NCBI GenBank assembly: GCA_036785375.1
Contig: JAWMAR010000578.1
Span: 248,001 to 312,000 of the forward strand
DNA length: 64,000 bases
Direction: 5' to 3'
DNA from: Leucoraja ocellata
Taxonomy: Eukaryota
Shown: positions 1 through 13,720 of the stretch, in pieces
Layout: each line of letters opens with the position of its first letter
Position numbering within the stretch: position 1 is the stretch's first letter
Program-made: the position numbers and the translations under genes
The notes under the pieces: model-generated
Database searches by the model: none
What the model was told of the DNA's origin: nothing
Seen by the model: only the letters and a program-made list of their open reading frames with translations

Positions 1-191
1 TCTACTCATGTGCCGTGACTGTGACCTTATTGCAGCCATTATATTAGAAGTAATTTGTCGGTAAATGGAAATCTTCATTCAGTGCTAACCGAATACAATG
101 ACCACTCTGTTGTGTCTGTAGATAGTTATATTCCTCTGCAATATTAAACCCAGTTAATGGATAACACAGTTATTTTTGTTTTCTGTCATAG

Positions 192-400
192 ATCCATTAT
201 ACGTTCTGTGGTTATCCATCGTAGTATTAGCCTGGAATTGGAATGTTTGGCTAATCCCTGTGCGTTGCACCTTTCCCTATCAAACACCTGATAACATCTA
301 TATATGGCTTTCGATCGATTATTTTTGTGATTTCATTTACGTGATGGACATGCTTGTTTTCCAGTCCCGCCTCCAGTATGTAAAAGGAGGAGACATTATA
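192..400 (+). CDS. CNGB1: CNGB1 internal exon (S1-S2; [25 protein letters not shown]...VKGGDII)
   Basis: AG at 190-191 and GTAAGT at 401. The 209-bp translation matches the CNG beta-subunit motif [21 protein letters not shown]. Confidence 0.95.
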
Positions 401-599
401 GTAAGTGATCATTTCAATTTCTTTCGTGATTAATAAAACATACTTTTGTAGTCTCCTATGCCAGCAATATGTGCCCTTTATAGATCTTAACAGCGTCAGT
501 GCAGAAAATACTGGAGCACATTTTTTGGATCTTCACACCTTTTGTCAAAGTCTGCAAATTAACAAAGGTAGCAGGGACAAATAAAAATCCCTCCATGTA

Positions 600-2890
600 G
601 AGACATAGAAAAATAGATGCAGGAGTAGCCATTCAGCCTCTTCGAGCCTGCAGTGCCATTCAATATGACCATGGCTGATCATCTAAAATCAGTATCCCGT
701 TCCTACGTTTTTCCCATATCCCTGGATTCCTTTAGCCCTAAGAACTAAATCTAACACTCTCTTGAAAACATCCAGTGAATTGGCCTTCACAGACTCACAT
801 CTTTCTGGGTGATGAAGTTTTTCCTCATCTCAGTCCTAAATGGCCAACCCCTTTTCATAAACTGTGACCCATGGTTTTGCACACCCCCAACATCTGGAAC
901 ATTTTTCTTGCATCTAACCTGTCCAATCTTTTAAGAATTTTATGTTTCTATAAAATCCCCTCTCACCCTTCTAAATGCCAGTTAATACAAGCCCAGTTGA
1001 GCCATTCTTTCATCATATGTCAGTCCTGCCATCCCGGGGACTAATCTGGTCAACCCATGCTGCACTCCCTCAATAGTAATAATGTCCTTCCTCAAATAAG
1101 GAGACTAAAATTGCCCGCAATACTCCAGGTGCGGTCTCACCAGGGCCCTGTACAACTGCAGTAGGACCTCCGTGCTCCTAAACTCAAATCCTCTCACAAT
1201 GCTCCTCAAGCATCTCCCCCACTACCGATGCAAGGCTAACTGGTCTATAATTCCTTGTTTTCTCTCTCCCCCCTTTCTTAAAAAGTGGAGTTACATTGGA
1301 TCAGTTCACGTGGACTGGAGGGTAGTCAGAGTCGAGAGAACATTGGAAAATTATCACCAATGCATCCACGATTTCTAGAGTCACCTCCTTGAGTACTCTG
1401 GGATACAGACCATCAGGCCCTGGGGATTTATCTGCCTTCAGTCCCAACTGTTTACCTAACGCCATTTCCTGACTAATGTGGATTCTCTTCAGTTCCTCCC
1501 TACCACTAGATCCTCGGTCCCCTATTATTTCTGACCTTAAACGTGACCTTTCCTACACGCTCTTTCCCATTAACTGCACGTATACGCTTCCATGTTGTTG
1601 ACTCTACCCCCCACTCTTTAGTTTAAACCCACCCGTGTAGCACTACCAAACCTGCCTGCCAGAATGTCGGCCCTCCTCCGATTAAGGTGCAACCCGTCCC
1701 TTTTGTACAGGTCACCCATGCCCCAGAAGAGATCCCAGTGTTCTAGAAATCTAAATCCCTACCCCTGTGCCAACTCCTCAGCCACACATTCAGATCCCCC
1801 ATCTCCTTGTTCCTACCCTCACTAGTGCAAGGTACTGGAAGCAACCCAGAGATAACCACCCTAGAAGTCCTGATTTTCAGCCTCCTACCTAGTTCTCTAT
1901 AGTCACATTGCAGAACCTCCTTCCTCTTCTTACCCACATCATTTGTGCCTACATGCACAACTACTTCCAGCTGTTCACCTTCCCTCACGAGGATGTTATT
2001 AAGTTGGTCTGAGACATCTTGGGCCCTGGCACCAGGAAGGCAACACACCTTCCTCGAGTCTCACTTGTCGCCACAGAATCTCCTGTCCGCACCTCTGACA
2101 ATGGAGTGACGTCTGTCGAGCCTCAGCGGCAGGTTTCGAATCACAGACCTGTCCGTCGCTCGGACTGGAAGCGTCATCTGCCCTGACAGCTCCCAAAAGG
2201 GTGTACCTGTTTTCAAGAGGTACTTCCACCGAGGTCTCCAGTACTAGTTTCATCCCCTTCCTTGCCACCTATAACCGTCACACCTCGTGTTTTCTTGGAG
2301 TGACGACCTGACTGTAGGTCCTGTCCATGAAGCTTTCGTCTTCCCGAATGGACCACAGGTCATCCAGCTGCTGCTCCAGTTCTCTAACTCGATCCTTGAG
2401 GAGCTGCATCTAGACACAGTTCCCACAGGTGTAGTGGTCAGTGACACCAGCGGTGCCCCTGGCTTCCCACATCTTGCAACAAAGGCACTGCAGTAATATT
2501 CCTGCCATTGTTTAAATATTTTATTAAATAGCCTCCTCACTGAAGACTCTTGAGCCAAAGACTCACACTTTACCTCAACATGCTCACTAGACCGTGTACT
2601 ACTTTTATTTGCTAATCAATGAACTACTTTACTAATTAACTAACTTACCAATTAACTAATATAGATTTGGCAGCCATTGCCCGCACTCGCTCCTTCAACT
2701 GCCGCTCCTTTGCGGACCTTGAAGTTAAGTGTTGCAAGACCCTGACTGACAAAACCCTGACTGGTTTATAAATGTCCCGCACTGAGGACAGTGAAAAAAC
2801 TCGCCAAAGGTTCACCTTTCTGCAGCCAGTCCCTGCGCTCGCTCCTTCAACTGCTGCTCTTCTGCCGACCTTGACATTAAGATTCCTGTT
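600..2890 (-). mobile_element. Internally deleted CR1-clade LINE with 5' UTR, degenerate ORF1 (zinc-finger/zipper plus SGNH esterase), ORF2 remnants and 3' tail
   Basis: Minus ORF 1743-2048 has the CLPGAR and VVHVGTND esterase blocks. Cys-rich ORF1 start near 2508. The 3' tail is shared with 16585-17065 and 26686-27075. Confidence 0.85.
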
Positions 2891-3261
2891 ACACAATTGA
2901 TATGTTTATGGATCACATATCAGAGGATTTCATTGGGATTTATAGGTGTGCATGGATTTTTACTTCAACATCACGAGGATAACAGTGTTTCAGATCATTT
3001 TTGCTTCATTTCGCTTGCCCTTGTAAAAAAGATGATTGGGCAATGGTTAATATCAGAAGGAAAAAAGGAAAGTTTAGTTCAATGTGCTAAATTGAAGGAT
3101 GGAATAGATGACAGTGGGAATGGAACAGGGATCCTGCTTATAAATGTATTTGCAGACTGCTCCTTAAGTGCCTAGGCAATGCTTGACTCCATGCAACCAA
3201 CAAGATTTACTCACTAAAATGCTTCTAGATGTTGAATAAACTTTGTTCTTCCCTATTTCAG

Positions 3262-3312
3262 ACAGCAAGGAAACTTATGAGAGAAAATTACATAAAAACC
3301 CCAAAATTTAAG
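3262..3312 (+). CDS. CNGB1: CNGB1 exon (TARKLMRENYIKTPKFK)
   Basis: tttcAG acceptor and GTGAGT donor, 51 bp. Similar to human TDKKDMRNNYLKSRRFK. Confidence 0.9.
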
Positions 3313-3559
3313 GTGAGTCATTACACTGGTGAACATGAATAAGGTTCACTGCGCTGTCCTTCAATAATCACCATGAACAATTAATATGAGTGCATTGATG
3401 AATAGCTCTTGCCTGGAGTGGCATTGATGAGCTCTGAAAATAGAGTTTAATGAAAACTGGATAAATACATGAGAGAGAGAAAGGAATAGAAGATCATGCC
3501 AAGGTTGTTAAAGGAAGGGAGATGGAAAGCAGCTCATGTGGACCAAATATCGCATGATC

Positions 3560-4215
3560 AACTACGGCCAAGCCCTACTGAATCTCCAGGTTGCTAACCA
3601 TTTTACCTTCCCTTCCCATTCCACACTTCCCCTTTCTGTCCTGAGCCTTCTCCATTGCTAGAGTGGGCCGCATACAAACCGGAGGAATCGCACCTCATAT
3701 TCCGCTTGGGTAGCTTACAGCCCAATGGTATGAACATTGAGTTCCCCAATTTTAGGCAACCTCTCACTAACCTTCCCCGACCGCACCCCCCCCCCCCTTC
3801 CCTTTCCCAGACTCACACCCCTTTATTCCCCCTCCCTCTCTCCCCCAACCTCTTTCCTCTCCTGTGCCCAACTGGACTCCCACCTATTTCTCCCCTCCAA
3901 CCCCCTCCCCCCCCCCCCCCCCCGCCCCCACTGGTACATTTTTCCCTCTGACTCAATAATACACAATGCTTCAAACCTGTCTCACACCTTCTGTTCTGTT
4001 GTTGTTCCAACATTCTGCCTATCATAAACCCCTCTCGACGATGTCTACCCATTACCTACCATGCTTTGTCCTGCTGCTGCTCCCTTTTCCATCTTTCATC
4101 TCCCCTCACCCCACAATCAGTTTGAAGAAGGGGCTCAACCCAAAACGATATCCATCTATGTTCTCCAGAGATGCCGCCTAATCTGCTGAGTTACTCCAGC
4201 ACATAGTGTCCTTTT
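3560..4215 (+). mobile_element. Penelope-like element 3' fragment (GIY-YIG C-terminus plus pLTR-like tail)
   Basis: EESHLIFRLGSLQPNGMNIEF, followed by a C-rich UTR and the gaagaagggg...cccaaaacg tail. Confidence 0.8.
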
Positions 4216-5403
4216 GTTTACCACGTGATCCAGTGTAAAATCTAAGTAACTCCAACAGCTGCTGCAGCTACTCATGCACTATGATCACATGGAGAACCCC
4301 CGAGCAGTTTAACGGTCATAGTAGCATAGTCACACAGAAAGTGTTGCGGTGGCTCATTCACCCATGCAGCCTGGCCATTTCCACCGACTGTATCTTGCAC
4401 TGTTAGTTCTGTAGGGGATGAGATCTGTGCTCTGCTCCATTATTCCATATCATCCAAGTAAGGATATTTATGGGGACATTTAAATAAACAGCGGCAATGG
4501 ACCAATATACTCAGCTATACTGTAACCTCAGTAAAATGTCACTCGGCGCACCAGTATTTAACATGTGTAAATTGTTATTAGGCAAAAACAATTCGCAAAA
4601 TCAATGGGATAACTTAATGAGAAAGTTATAGCTCAAATTGTCCCCACTGCCCAGCCCTGTAGCTGTTATTGTAGTAGCCAAATCCCACCCTGCCCCACAG
4701 CATTGCTTACACCTTCGTCATTCATCCCTACTCCAATATCAGCTTTCCTTATCAGAGATGTGTTGATGAGGGTAGGGCCAGGCATACTGACACTTTCAAT
4801 GATGCAGGACATTCATCAGTGGTTATGCCAGCTCTAAAGGTTTGTACAGGACCTGATTTTCCCATGTTTTTTAATGGTGTAATTGCTTTGTTGCTTTGTG
4901 TATGTTTCCTTTAGTTTAGAGTAAAAAGCTCCTTTCCTGAAGGATGATTGCCATTACTGTACCAAAGTGGCCAATCTCTTCAGGCAGCAGTGTCACATTC
5001 AGACCCTATTCCTGCTCAATGTCCAGTTGAGCACCCAGTTTGTTAATAGCGTCCCTTCAATCTATTCTGGAACTGGTTCTTAGAGAGAAAAGTATTTGTA
5101 AAACGTTTGATGTCTACTTGGCCCTTTTCTCTTTCATTGTAATCCAGTTTCCAAAGATATTACAGCGTAGTCACTTCTAATATTCCTCATCAGATCAAGA
5201 GAGTTGAATCATTCATCAAAACAACACTCTCCCACAGTCAACAAATTGAATTGGTCCTCTGCTCCGTAGTTGGTGAATAAGCTTACATTCTAGAATTGTT
5301 AGCCGAGTGGTCAAACTACATTGAACAATGACTTTTCTAATGCATGAAAGAGAGGGAAATCTTCAAAAAAATATATATATAACCACTTTGATTCTGTTTC
5401 CAG

Positions 5404-5490
5404 ATGGATTTGGTGTCTCTTTTGCCTTTGGATATATTGTATTTTAAACTAGGCTTCAAAGTGTTGTTGAGAGTTCCACGCCTCTTGAAG
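5404..5490 (+). CDS. CNGB1: CNGB1 exon (S3-S4; MDLVSLLPLDILYFKLGFKVLLRVPRLLK)
   Basis: ttccAG / GTAAGT, 87 bp, in frame with neighbouring exons, conserved S3/S4. Confidence 0.95.
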
Positions 5491-7328
5491 GTAAGTTTGG
5501 TTGAGGTTTTCTTTCCTTGGTGAAGCTGTATCCAAAGCTTATAGCTTCTGGATCCAATGTCACCATAGGTTCTGATTTTAAAAGTAAGTAACTCATAGTA
5601 AAAAATGACACATATCAACTGCTTAGATACAACCAGAAATCAATTGAAAATAAATTGCTAGGAGAAAAGAACTTGCATTATGTAAAACTTTTCAGAACCT
5701 CAAAGCAATTTACAGCAAAGTAACTACTTTTCGAATGTAGCCAGTATTGTAATGTAGGAACTTTGACATTCCTTTTGAGAACAGTTGGATGCTATAGCAA
5801 TGTGGTAACGAGCATGTAGTATGTTTTATTGCTGGTAGTTGAGGGTAACAGATAGTCAGGACAAACTGTCACTACACCTGGTTCCCTGGTGCAAGTACAA
5901 ATCATTCTGTGGGCTAGCACAATTATGACCTTTGAAGCATAGGCAGTTATGGTGGTGCTTGGAGTGTCTGGGTTTTAGCTCTGGTGAGCTAATACTGCAA
6001 AATGCAGACAGAGAAACTAAGTACTCATGAAACTGAGAACGTTGTCTCCTGTATTGTCTGAGAACAAAAGACTTCCTTCACCTGTACCAGTTGTGGGTCT
6101 TTATTACACATGTTCAATATGCGCAACATGCTTCATTCTTCATGCCCACGTTGTTGCCTCAGGAAAAGTCAGAATATATATTGTATAGATAAAGAAGTAG
6201 GTACTTCATCTGTTGTGTCTGTTTTTTGATTCCAAAATTCCCCATTTCTTTACCCACCATGGCTCCAACCACAGGTCCTGGCCTGGCCCCACTGACCCCC
6301 ATCTCTGAACACCTTCCCATTCACAATCACTTGGACCACAAAGCTCCTTCCATGGCTCCATGGTGCAAACTCTCAAAGCCTTATTGAACCTAAGCTATTG
6401 CTCAAGATCAGAACTTGCTCCATTCCCTCATCTACGCAGTCCAAACACCAGATCTCACCCTTCACGAACCAACGCTGTCCAAAGATAAAATACCATCTCA
6501 AGACTTCATTTATGCCAATAACGCCAAAGTTAATGAACCCTCCATGATCCTATAATAAAAATACCAAACACCTTGACTACCCTCCCTTAATCGCACAACT
6601 ATCCAAAGATTCTGATTCCACGTGTAACATGTCCAAACATTTCATTCTTCACCACCTCTTTAACCTGAGCTCTTGCAGGCTGCATAACAATGGCCAATAG
6701 TCGTATCTTCCCCATCCTCATAATAAAACTTTCAAGGACCCTGGTCTCACATCACATCCAAACATTTACGAACTTGGAGCAATTACCTGCTGCAACTTCC
6801 TCCTGCAGCAATATATTCCATATGATAATATCGGAGGCTAATATCTTCAGCTGCTTAGACTTCCCAATTTCATAACCCTGCATTGGGTGGATCAAATGTA
6901 TGGTACATAAATTTTCTCTCATAGAATATTCCAGCAGAGTACGTGGCCAGTGAAATAATCTGTCTGATTAGTTCCACACTGATCTTTCTCTGTAGCCCCA
7001 CAATATTTTATTTTACAAGAATATATCCAATTTCCTTTTGATACCTAAGGACAATACAAAGCACTCTTTCAAATTGTTCTTTAAAGTTCATAACAAATCA
7101 ATTAGATTGGGAAAAACTAGTGCTGGTCAAATTGATCATATGTCTGCTTTTGAAAGATTCTGGATTGCATCTATCATTCATTTGGCATTATGATTGGAAT
7201 GCCAATTAAATGGTACTTTCTCTGTTAGCATTATAAGTGTGATTTAAAGAAATATTTAATCCCACGTTTTTTTTTAGTAAGGTATATTGTGATGTTACTG
7301 AACATCTTTCAAAAATCTTTTGTAACAG

Positions 7329-7393
7329 TACACAACCTTTCTTGAATTTAATGACCGACTGGAAGCAATAATGAGCAAAGCTTATATTTACAG
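7329..7393 (+). CDS. CNGB1: CNGB1 exon (YTTFLEFNDRLEAIMSKAYIYR)
   Basis: aacAG / GTGCGT, 65 bp, FxEFNxRLE motif. Confidence 0.93.
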
Positions 7394-8121
7394 GTGCGTA
7401 ACACTGTTTTATTTCTCAGATAGACTTGTAATCACACCTTGAATTTCCACCATGTACCACACACAAACACTCAGAAATTGTTGTGAGTTATTCAGAAGTA
7501 CCTTATAATATCTTCTGTAAAACAGTGTTGCATTGGTAAAACATTGGTCTGACATTTTAAACATAGTGAGAATCGGATATTTAAGCCTTTAAACATAATT
7601 GAAACCCTTGAAACACAGTGATACACAGGCGCTGTCCCCTTTCAATACAGTAATGTTCACGTATTATTCCCTTTAAACACTGCAATAATTAGGTACTGTT
7701 CCTTTAAATAGAGATACTCAAGATTGTCCTTTCCTTTTAAAATAAAGTACCAAGGTATCACTCAGCTGCATGTGATAATATCAGGATATATTTTTGATAC
7801 CTGGGGTAATACCAATGAGCTTGTGCAACACATACAGATAAAGCCCCTTCATATTGCTAACCAGAGATGCGATGATGGGTTCCTTTCAATAAAAACTAGG
7901 TAGATCAGAAATAGTCACATCATTCAATTGTGGCAGCAGCTTAAAATGAAACAGAGCTTGCTCATGTTAAGGAATAGTAAATTGCAAAAATACAGCTCCT
8001 GACCCTTCATTCTGAGAGTCAGGATGTCCAGGAAGGGGAATGCACCTACTCATGAATGGTGAGTGAATTGTTAAAGATACATACATCAATCCTCATCTCT
8101 CAAATGCTTTGTGCCTTACAG

Positions 8122-8244
8122 AGTGATAAGGACCACAATATATTTACTGTACAGCCTCCACATAAACAGTTGTTTATACTATTGGGCATCTGACTACGAG
8201 GGCATTGGAGCCACAAAGTGGGTTTATGATGGTGAGGGGAACAG
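8122..8244 (+). CDS. CNGB1: CNGB1 exon (S5; [41 protein letters not shown])
   Basis: ttacAG / GTAGGT, 123 bp, phase 2 to phase 2. Confidence 0.95.
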
Positions 8245-8654
8245 GTAGGTTTCATTGTTAGATCTGATATATTGCTTTTTCTGAGATTTTTATTTGCTAT
8301 TTTCCTAAAAGATGTATTTGTAATAATATGTGCCAGACTGTCCATCCAAATGACACCAGTAATCAATAGTTTGAAATAGATATTCTGTACAAAACTGCTA
8401 AAATTTGAAAATGTAAGATAAAATGCTGAAAATACTCAGTGGGTCAGACAGCATCTGTAGAGAGAGTAAATGTTGACATTTCAAGCCTATAATTGTTCAT
8501 TAGAACTAGTGGAATGGGGCCAAAGAGACAAATTGGTGCCCCATAGGAGGGAGGAGCAGAGCTTCTTCAGGGTGCGAATTCAACAATAACCCAAAAGCAA
8601 ACGGCAGTAGATGCTAGAAATCTGAAGAAAAAAGGCAAATGCTGTTTCTAAAAC

Positions 8655-8930
8655 TATAGGTTTATATTGAGAAGGGAAAGATTTAAAAGAGGCTGAGGAA
8701 GCAGCTTTTCACCCATTGTGTGGTGCATATGTAGCATGAGCTAACGGAGGAGGGGGTAAAGGTGCTTACAATTTCAATGTTTAAGACATCTGAACAGGTA
8801 GATGGGTTGGAAAGGTTTGAAGGAATATGGGCCAGGCTCAGACACGAGAGACTAGCTTATTTAGACAATTTGATTGGCATGGACAAGCTGGGCTAGAGGG
8901 CCTATTTCCGTGCTGTATAGCTCTATGAGT
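8655..8930 (+). mobile_element. Degraded CR1 3' end
   Basis: Tail similar to other CR1 copies (ggcatggacaag...gggcct...gtgctgtat). Confidence 0.6.
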
Positions 8931-9559
8931 CAATAACTCTAAATGAAGAGCAGTAGTCTTGGAGCATTTACAGAGTGGGAAACAAGTCAACATTTCAGAT
9001 CAATGGTCTTTCATTGGAATTGATTCTTTAAGCGTTTTAATTTCTTCACCTTTTCCTGCAATATCCTGTAAGAAATCATAACCCTTTCTTCCTGTCTGGC
9101 ATACAACTTGTTGATTCAATAAAAGTTGTCCTGAGTTATATGTGCTAAGCACACAACACGATACATCTCTAAAATTTGAATCAATTGATTTCATTGAAAT
9201 TTAACTCTGGAAGCAAGAATTGAAAGGCAATATGTTAGCGTTTTATCTGATTAGCTCCCATACATGAGTATCCTTTTCACTCCAAAACATCGTTCCTGCA
9301 GCTTATGCATGGAGCAGCTGACACATCTGTTATGTCAGCTGTGTCTCAGTGATAGTACACTTGGCTCTGACTCAGTGTAAGGTTGCATGTCCTTTTTTAA
9401 ATTTCTCTACCAGTTTTGGAACTGGCTTTGCACAAATTGACAATTACAGTTCATACATTCCAACCATCAGTGCACTTCAAAAGTATTTCAATAAATCCAA
9501 AGTGTTTTTGGGTACCTTAAAGATGTGAAAATGCATTATCAAATTAGCGTAAAATTAGG

Positions 9560-11640
9560 GGGGGGGCGGGAAGAAGAAAGGAAGAGGAGGAGCCAGCGGG
9601 CTGAGGGAGAGCTGAGATGAGGAGGGGATAGTAAGAACTACCTGAAATTAGAGAAGTCAATGTTCATACCACTGGGATGCAAACTGCCCAAGCGAAATAT
9701 GAGGTGCTGCTCTTCTAATTTACGGTGATCCTCACCCTGGCCATGGAGGAGGCTGAGGACACAAAGGTCGGATTCGGAATGGGAGGGGGAGTCGAAGTGC
9801 TGAGCCACCGGGAGATCAGGTTGGTTATTGTGAACTGAGTGGAGGTGTTCGGCGAAGCGATCGCCAAGCCTACGCATTGTCTCACCGATGTAGAGCAGCT
9901 GATGCAATAGATGAGGTTGGAGCAGGTGCAGGTGAACCTCTGCCGCAGCTGGAAAGACTGCTTGGATCCTTGAATGGAGTCAAGGAGGGAGGTAAAGCGA
10001 CAAGTGTAGCATTTCTTGCGGTTGCAAGGGAAAGTGCCCGGAGAGGGGGTGGTTCGGGTGGGAAGGGACAAATTGACCAGGGAGTTACGGAGGGAGCCGT
10101 CTCTGCGGAAAGCAGACGGGAGGAGATGGGTAGATGTGGCGAGTGGTGGGGTCACGTGGAGGTGGCGAAAATGACGGAGGATTATTTGTTGTACGTGACG
10201 GCTGGTAGGGTGGAAGGTGAGGACAAGGGGGACTCTGCCCTTGTTACGAATGGGGGGGATGGGGAGTGGGAGTAGTGTCACGGGGTATAGAAGAGACCCT
10301 GGTGAAAGCCTCATCTATGGTGGAAGAGGGGAACCACCGTTCCCTGAAGAATGAGGACATCTCCAATGCCCTGGGGTGGAACACCTCATCCTGGGTGCAG
10401 ATGCTGCGTAGACAGAGGAATTGGGAGTAGGGGATAGTCCTTACAGGAAGCAGGGTGGGAAGAGGTGTAGTCCAGATAGCCATTGGAGTCAGTGGGTTTA
10501 TAGTGGATGACGGTCAGGAGTCTATCACCTGCGATGGAGATAGTGAGGCCAAGAAATGGTAGGGAAATGTCGGAAATGGTCCAGGTGTATTTGAGTGCTG
10601 GATGGAAGTTACTGGTGAAGTGGATGAAGTCAGTGAGTTGTGCGTGGATACAGGAGGTAGCATCAATGCAGTCGTCGATGTAGCAGAGGTAGAGTTCGGG
10701 GATAGGGCCAGGGTACATCTCGAACATGGATTGTTCGATGTACCCTACAAAGAGGCAAGCATAGCTAGGGCCCATGCGCGTGCCCATAGCTACGCCTTGT
10801 ATTTGGAGGAAATGGGTGGAGTCAAACGAAAAGTTATTACGGGTAAGGACCAGCTCCGCTAGGCAGAGGAGAGTATCAGTAGATGGGGATTGGTTGGTTC
10901 TCCAATCAAGGAAGAAACGGAGGGCTTTGAGACCCTCCTGGTGGGGGTGGAGGTGTAGAGTGATTGGACATCCATGGTGCAGATGAGGGAATGGGGGCCT
11001 AGAAAATGGAAGTCCTGCAGTTCACGAAGAGCATGTGAGGTGTGTTGAACATAGGTAGGGAGAGATTTAACCAGGGGGCATAGGATGGAATTGAGGTATG
11101 TGGAAATAGGCTTGGTAGGACACGAACAGTCAGAAACAATGGGTCTGCCAGGGCAGTCAGGTTTGTGGATTTTGGGGAGAAGGTAAAATCGGGCCGTGCG
11201 GGGCTGGGGAGCAATGAGGTTGGAGGCTTGGGCGGGCAGGGAGCCGGAGTTGATGAAGTCAATGATGGTGCTTGAGATAGTGGCCTGGTGCTCGTCTGTG
11301 GGGTCATGGTCCATGGATGAGTAGGAGGAGGTGTCTGATAGTTGGCGCATGGCCTCAGCCTTGTAGAGGTCAGCGCGCCAGACTACCACGGCACCTCCCT
11401 TGGCGGCAGGTTAGGAGGACTAGCACTAGGACTCAGCGCAGTCAAACCCCATGGAGTTGGAGTCTGCAGCGTGAAGGCTTCAGGCCCGGTGCTGAGCCTA
11501 GGTCTCAGGTAAGGCGATGGCTGCGATGTGTTGGAGAGCGATGGAGTGGCGAGGGTTGGAGGAGTCAATGGTGGAGGCCCGCGGTCAGCGGGCGGAGCGT
11601 GGGATGGTCATTGATGGTCATTGAGTGAACGTCAGGATTG
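9560..11640 (-). mobile_element. Penelope-like retroelement (frameshifted RT plus GIY-YIG endonuclease)
   Basis: ORF pieces FYLLPKIHKPDCPGRPIVS, TMDVQSLYTS, MGTRMGPSYA, YIDD, and LLYIGETMRRLGDRFAEH. Confidence 0.93.
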
Positions 11641-11956
11641 GCAGCATCATAGAACCACATCTCAGTTAACATTCACACCTTCAGGATAAATATCCAACAA
11701 GGGAATAGTGATGCAGGAACAGGAGACACCCAGATGTTTTCTATTCTTTGTCTTGAGTGCTTCCTGAACACTCTATCTTGACTTTTGTTTTGCCCTCATT
11801 CTGGATTTCTCTTTCTGAAGTTGTAGTTTCTGTTTTTACTTCATTTAATCATCTTAAACACCACAAGTAGATTAGTGCTCAAACTTAAATATTCAATTAA
11901 AATAATTTTGTACTTGAAACCTGAGATTTTATGCACTGCTTCTCCTTCCCTTGCAG

Positions 11957-12098
11957 TTATATGAGGTGCTATTACTGGGCTGTGAAGACTCTGATTACAA
12001 TTGGAGGGCTACCTGAGCCAGAGACTGTGTTCGAAATTTTTTTTCAACTTGTCAACTATTTCATGGGAGTCCTCATCTTCTCCATCATGATTGGTCAG
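11957..12098 (+). CDS. CNGB1: CNGB1 exon (pore helix, filter TIGGLPEP, S6)
   Basis: ttgcAG / GTACAG, 142 bp. TIGG filter is diagnostic of beta subunits (alpha subunits have TIGE). Confidence 0.96.
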
Positions 12099-12973
12099 GT
12101 ACAGAACGTACTATTGAAGGAAAAAGAAATGGCCAATATAAATCTAAATGCAATTGATAAGTGAGAAGATTAGCTCATAGGTTAGGTCTTCCCTGCATTA
12201 AAATTGAAATGTACCATCTTTGTTTCAAAACCGATTTGCCTTGATTGCGAAATTCCATATTACTTTTGGTCATAGATCACCCATGTTAGAGAACAAAAGT
12301 GCTATGGCTTAATGGATACAATTGCCTAAAGGCAATGGATAAAGAGTCTTTGTGTACAAAATCCTGTCTTCTGACAGCCAGGTGATGCGGCTAGATTTCT
12401 AACGAATTGGAGAAAAAGCATTTGAACAAACAAGTTAAACCCCACCCCACAATTGACATTGCATCAGCAGAGGTCAAAAAGAAAGTCATTTTACCTACTT
12501 TGGCACTGGATGTTATAAATGAAGATCCTTTATAAGAATTAAAATAACAATATAAAGAAATGCTTTTTATTTAAAAGCATTAACTTTCATTTCTGGCTAA
12601 TCAGTTTGATTACACCTCTCTGAGAGGTGATGGGTTTTTATTTCCCTCTTTTAGAAAATCTCTTGATCAGAAGACTGCACTGTTACGGGTGTGAACAACA
12701 CCCATTGTGAATGAAGACTGAATTTGTTGAGTCTTTTCAGAATTACTCCTTTGTAACCCAAACATTTTGCAGAGTGTAATATGTTGGCCCTCCCCACTAT
12801 TGTATCTGTTATTCTCTTAGCACACTTGCATGCTTGTTTTATATACTTTCTGTTTCAACTTCATGCCACATTCAAAATTGAGTATTAACATCTGTATTTG
12901 CGGTTTTGGCTTCTACTGGCTGATATCCACAATTGAGTAAAGGCAAAAATTCACTGTTTCTATTGTTTTTAAG

Positions 12974-13133
12974 ATGAGAGAAGTGGTGGGGGCAGCTACT
13001 GCTCGACAGACATATTATCGAAACTGTATGGATAACACAGTGAGGTATATGAATCTGAACACAATTCCCAGAGGAGTCCAGAGCCGAGTGCGGAAGTGGT
13101 ACGAATTTACCTGGGAGTCACAAGGAATGCTCG
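12974..13133 (+). CDS. CNGB1: CNGB1 exon (C-linker; [16 protein letters not shown]...WESQGML)
   Basis: ttaAG / GTATGG, 160 bp. Confidence 0.95.
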
Positions 13134-13602
13134 GTATGGTTAAGTTACAATCTCATGATCAGCTTTTGTGAATGAACATGAAATATAGTTTATGTTTGGG
13201 AAATCATAAAAATGCTGTTATGAGAGGACATTTCTCTTATGTGGTACAGTTCCTCGTCCTAACAATCATTTAAAAAAAAAATCATGTACTATGATTTTGA
13301 AAGATGATGAGAAATTTCCTGTTGTAACGACATGGATCCTGAGAGCTTCCCGGAGACCAAAACAACTCCCTAAAAAGCAGCAGAGGCAAGTTTACTTCAT
13401 ATTGGGACTGGGTCCAGGAGTTTCTTAACATCCAACAGAGAAGAAAATTTCTGTCCACCCTTAGAAAGCAAATGACCATTCAGAGGTATAAATAATGGGG
13501 AGGGTAAGAAGCTGACCACTGGAGATTCTGGGTGGTCAGGAATCCACCAAAGGCACGCTGAAAGAGAATGTAGCTGATGCACATTTTATACATTGGCGCG
13601 AT

Positions 13603-13720
13603 CTCAAGTCAAGAGTGTATTATTGTCATATGTCCCAGATAGAACAATGACATTCTTACTTGCGGCAGCACAACCGAATATGTAAACATTGTAATCTGTA
13701 AACAATCTAATAAATGAGAA
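13603..13720 (-). mobile_element. Rex1-like LINE 3' tail with (CTTGA)n end; same family at 32228-32332 (+) and 51938-52072 (-)
   Basis: Shared core attctgttgtgctgcagcaagtaagaatttcattgt plus a microsatellite tail. Family assignment is inferred. Confidence 0.6.

Noticed and set aside
9715-10314. 199-aa ORF, and the 195-aa ORF at 21596-22183, as host genes
   Set aside because: They are frames or antisense frames of Penelope-like elements.
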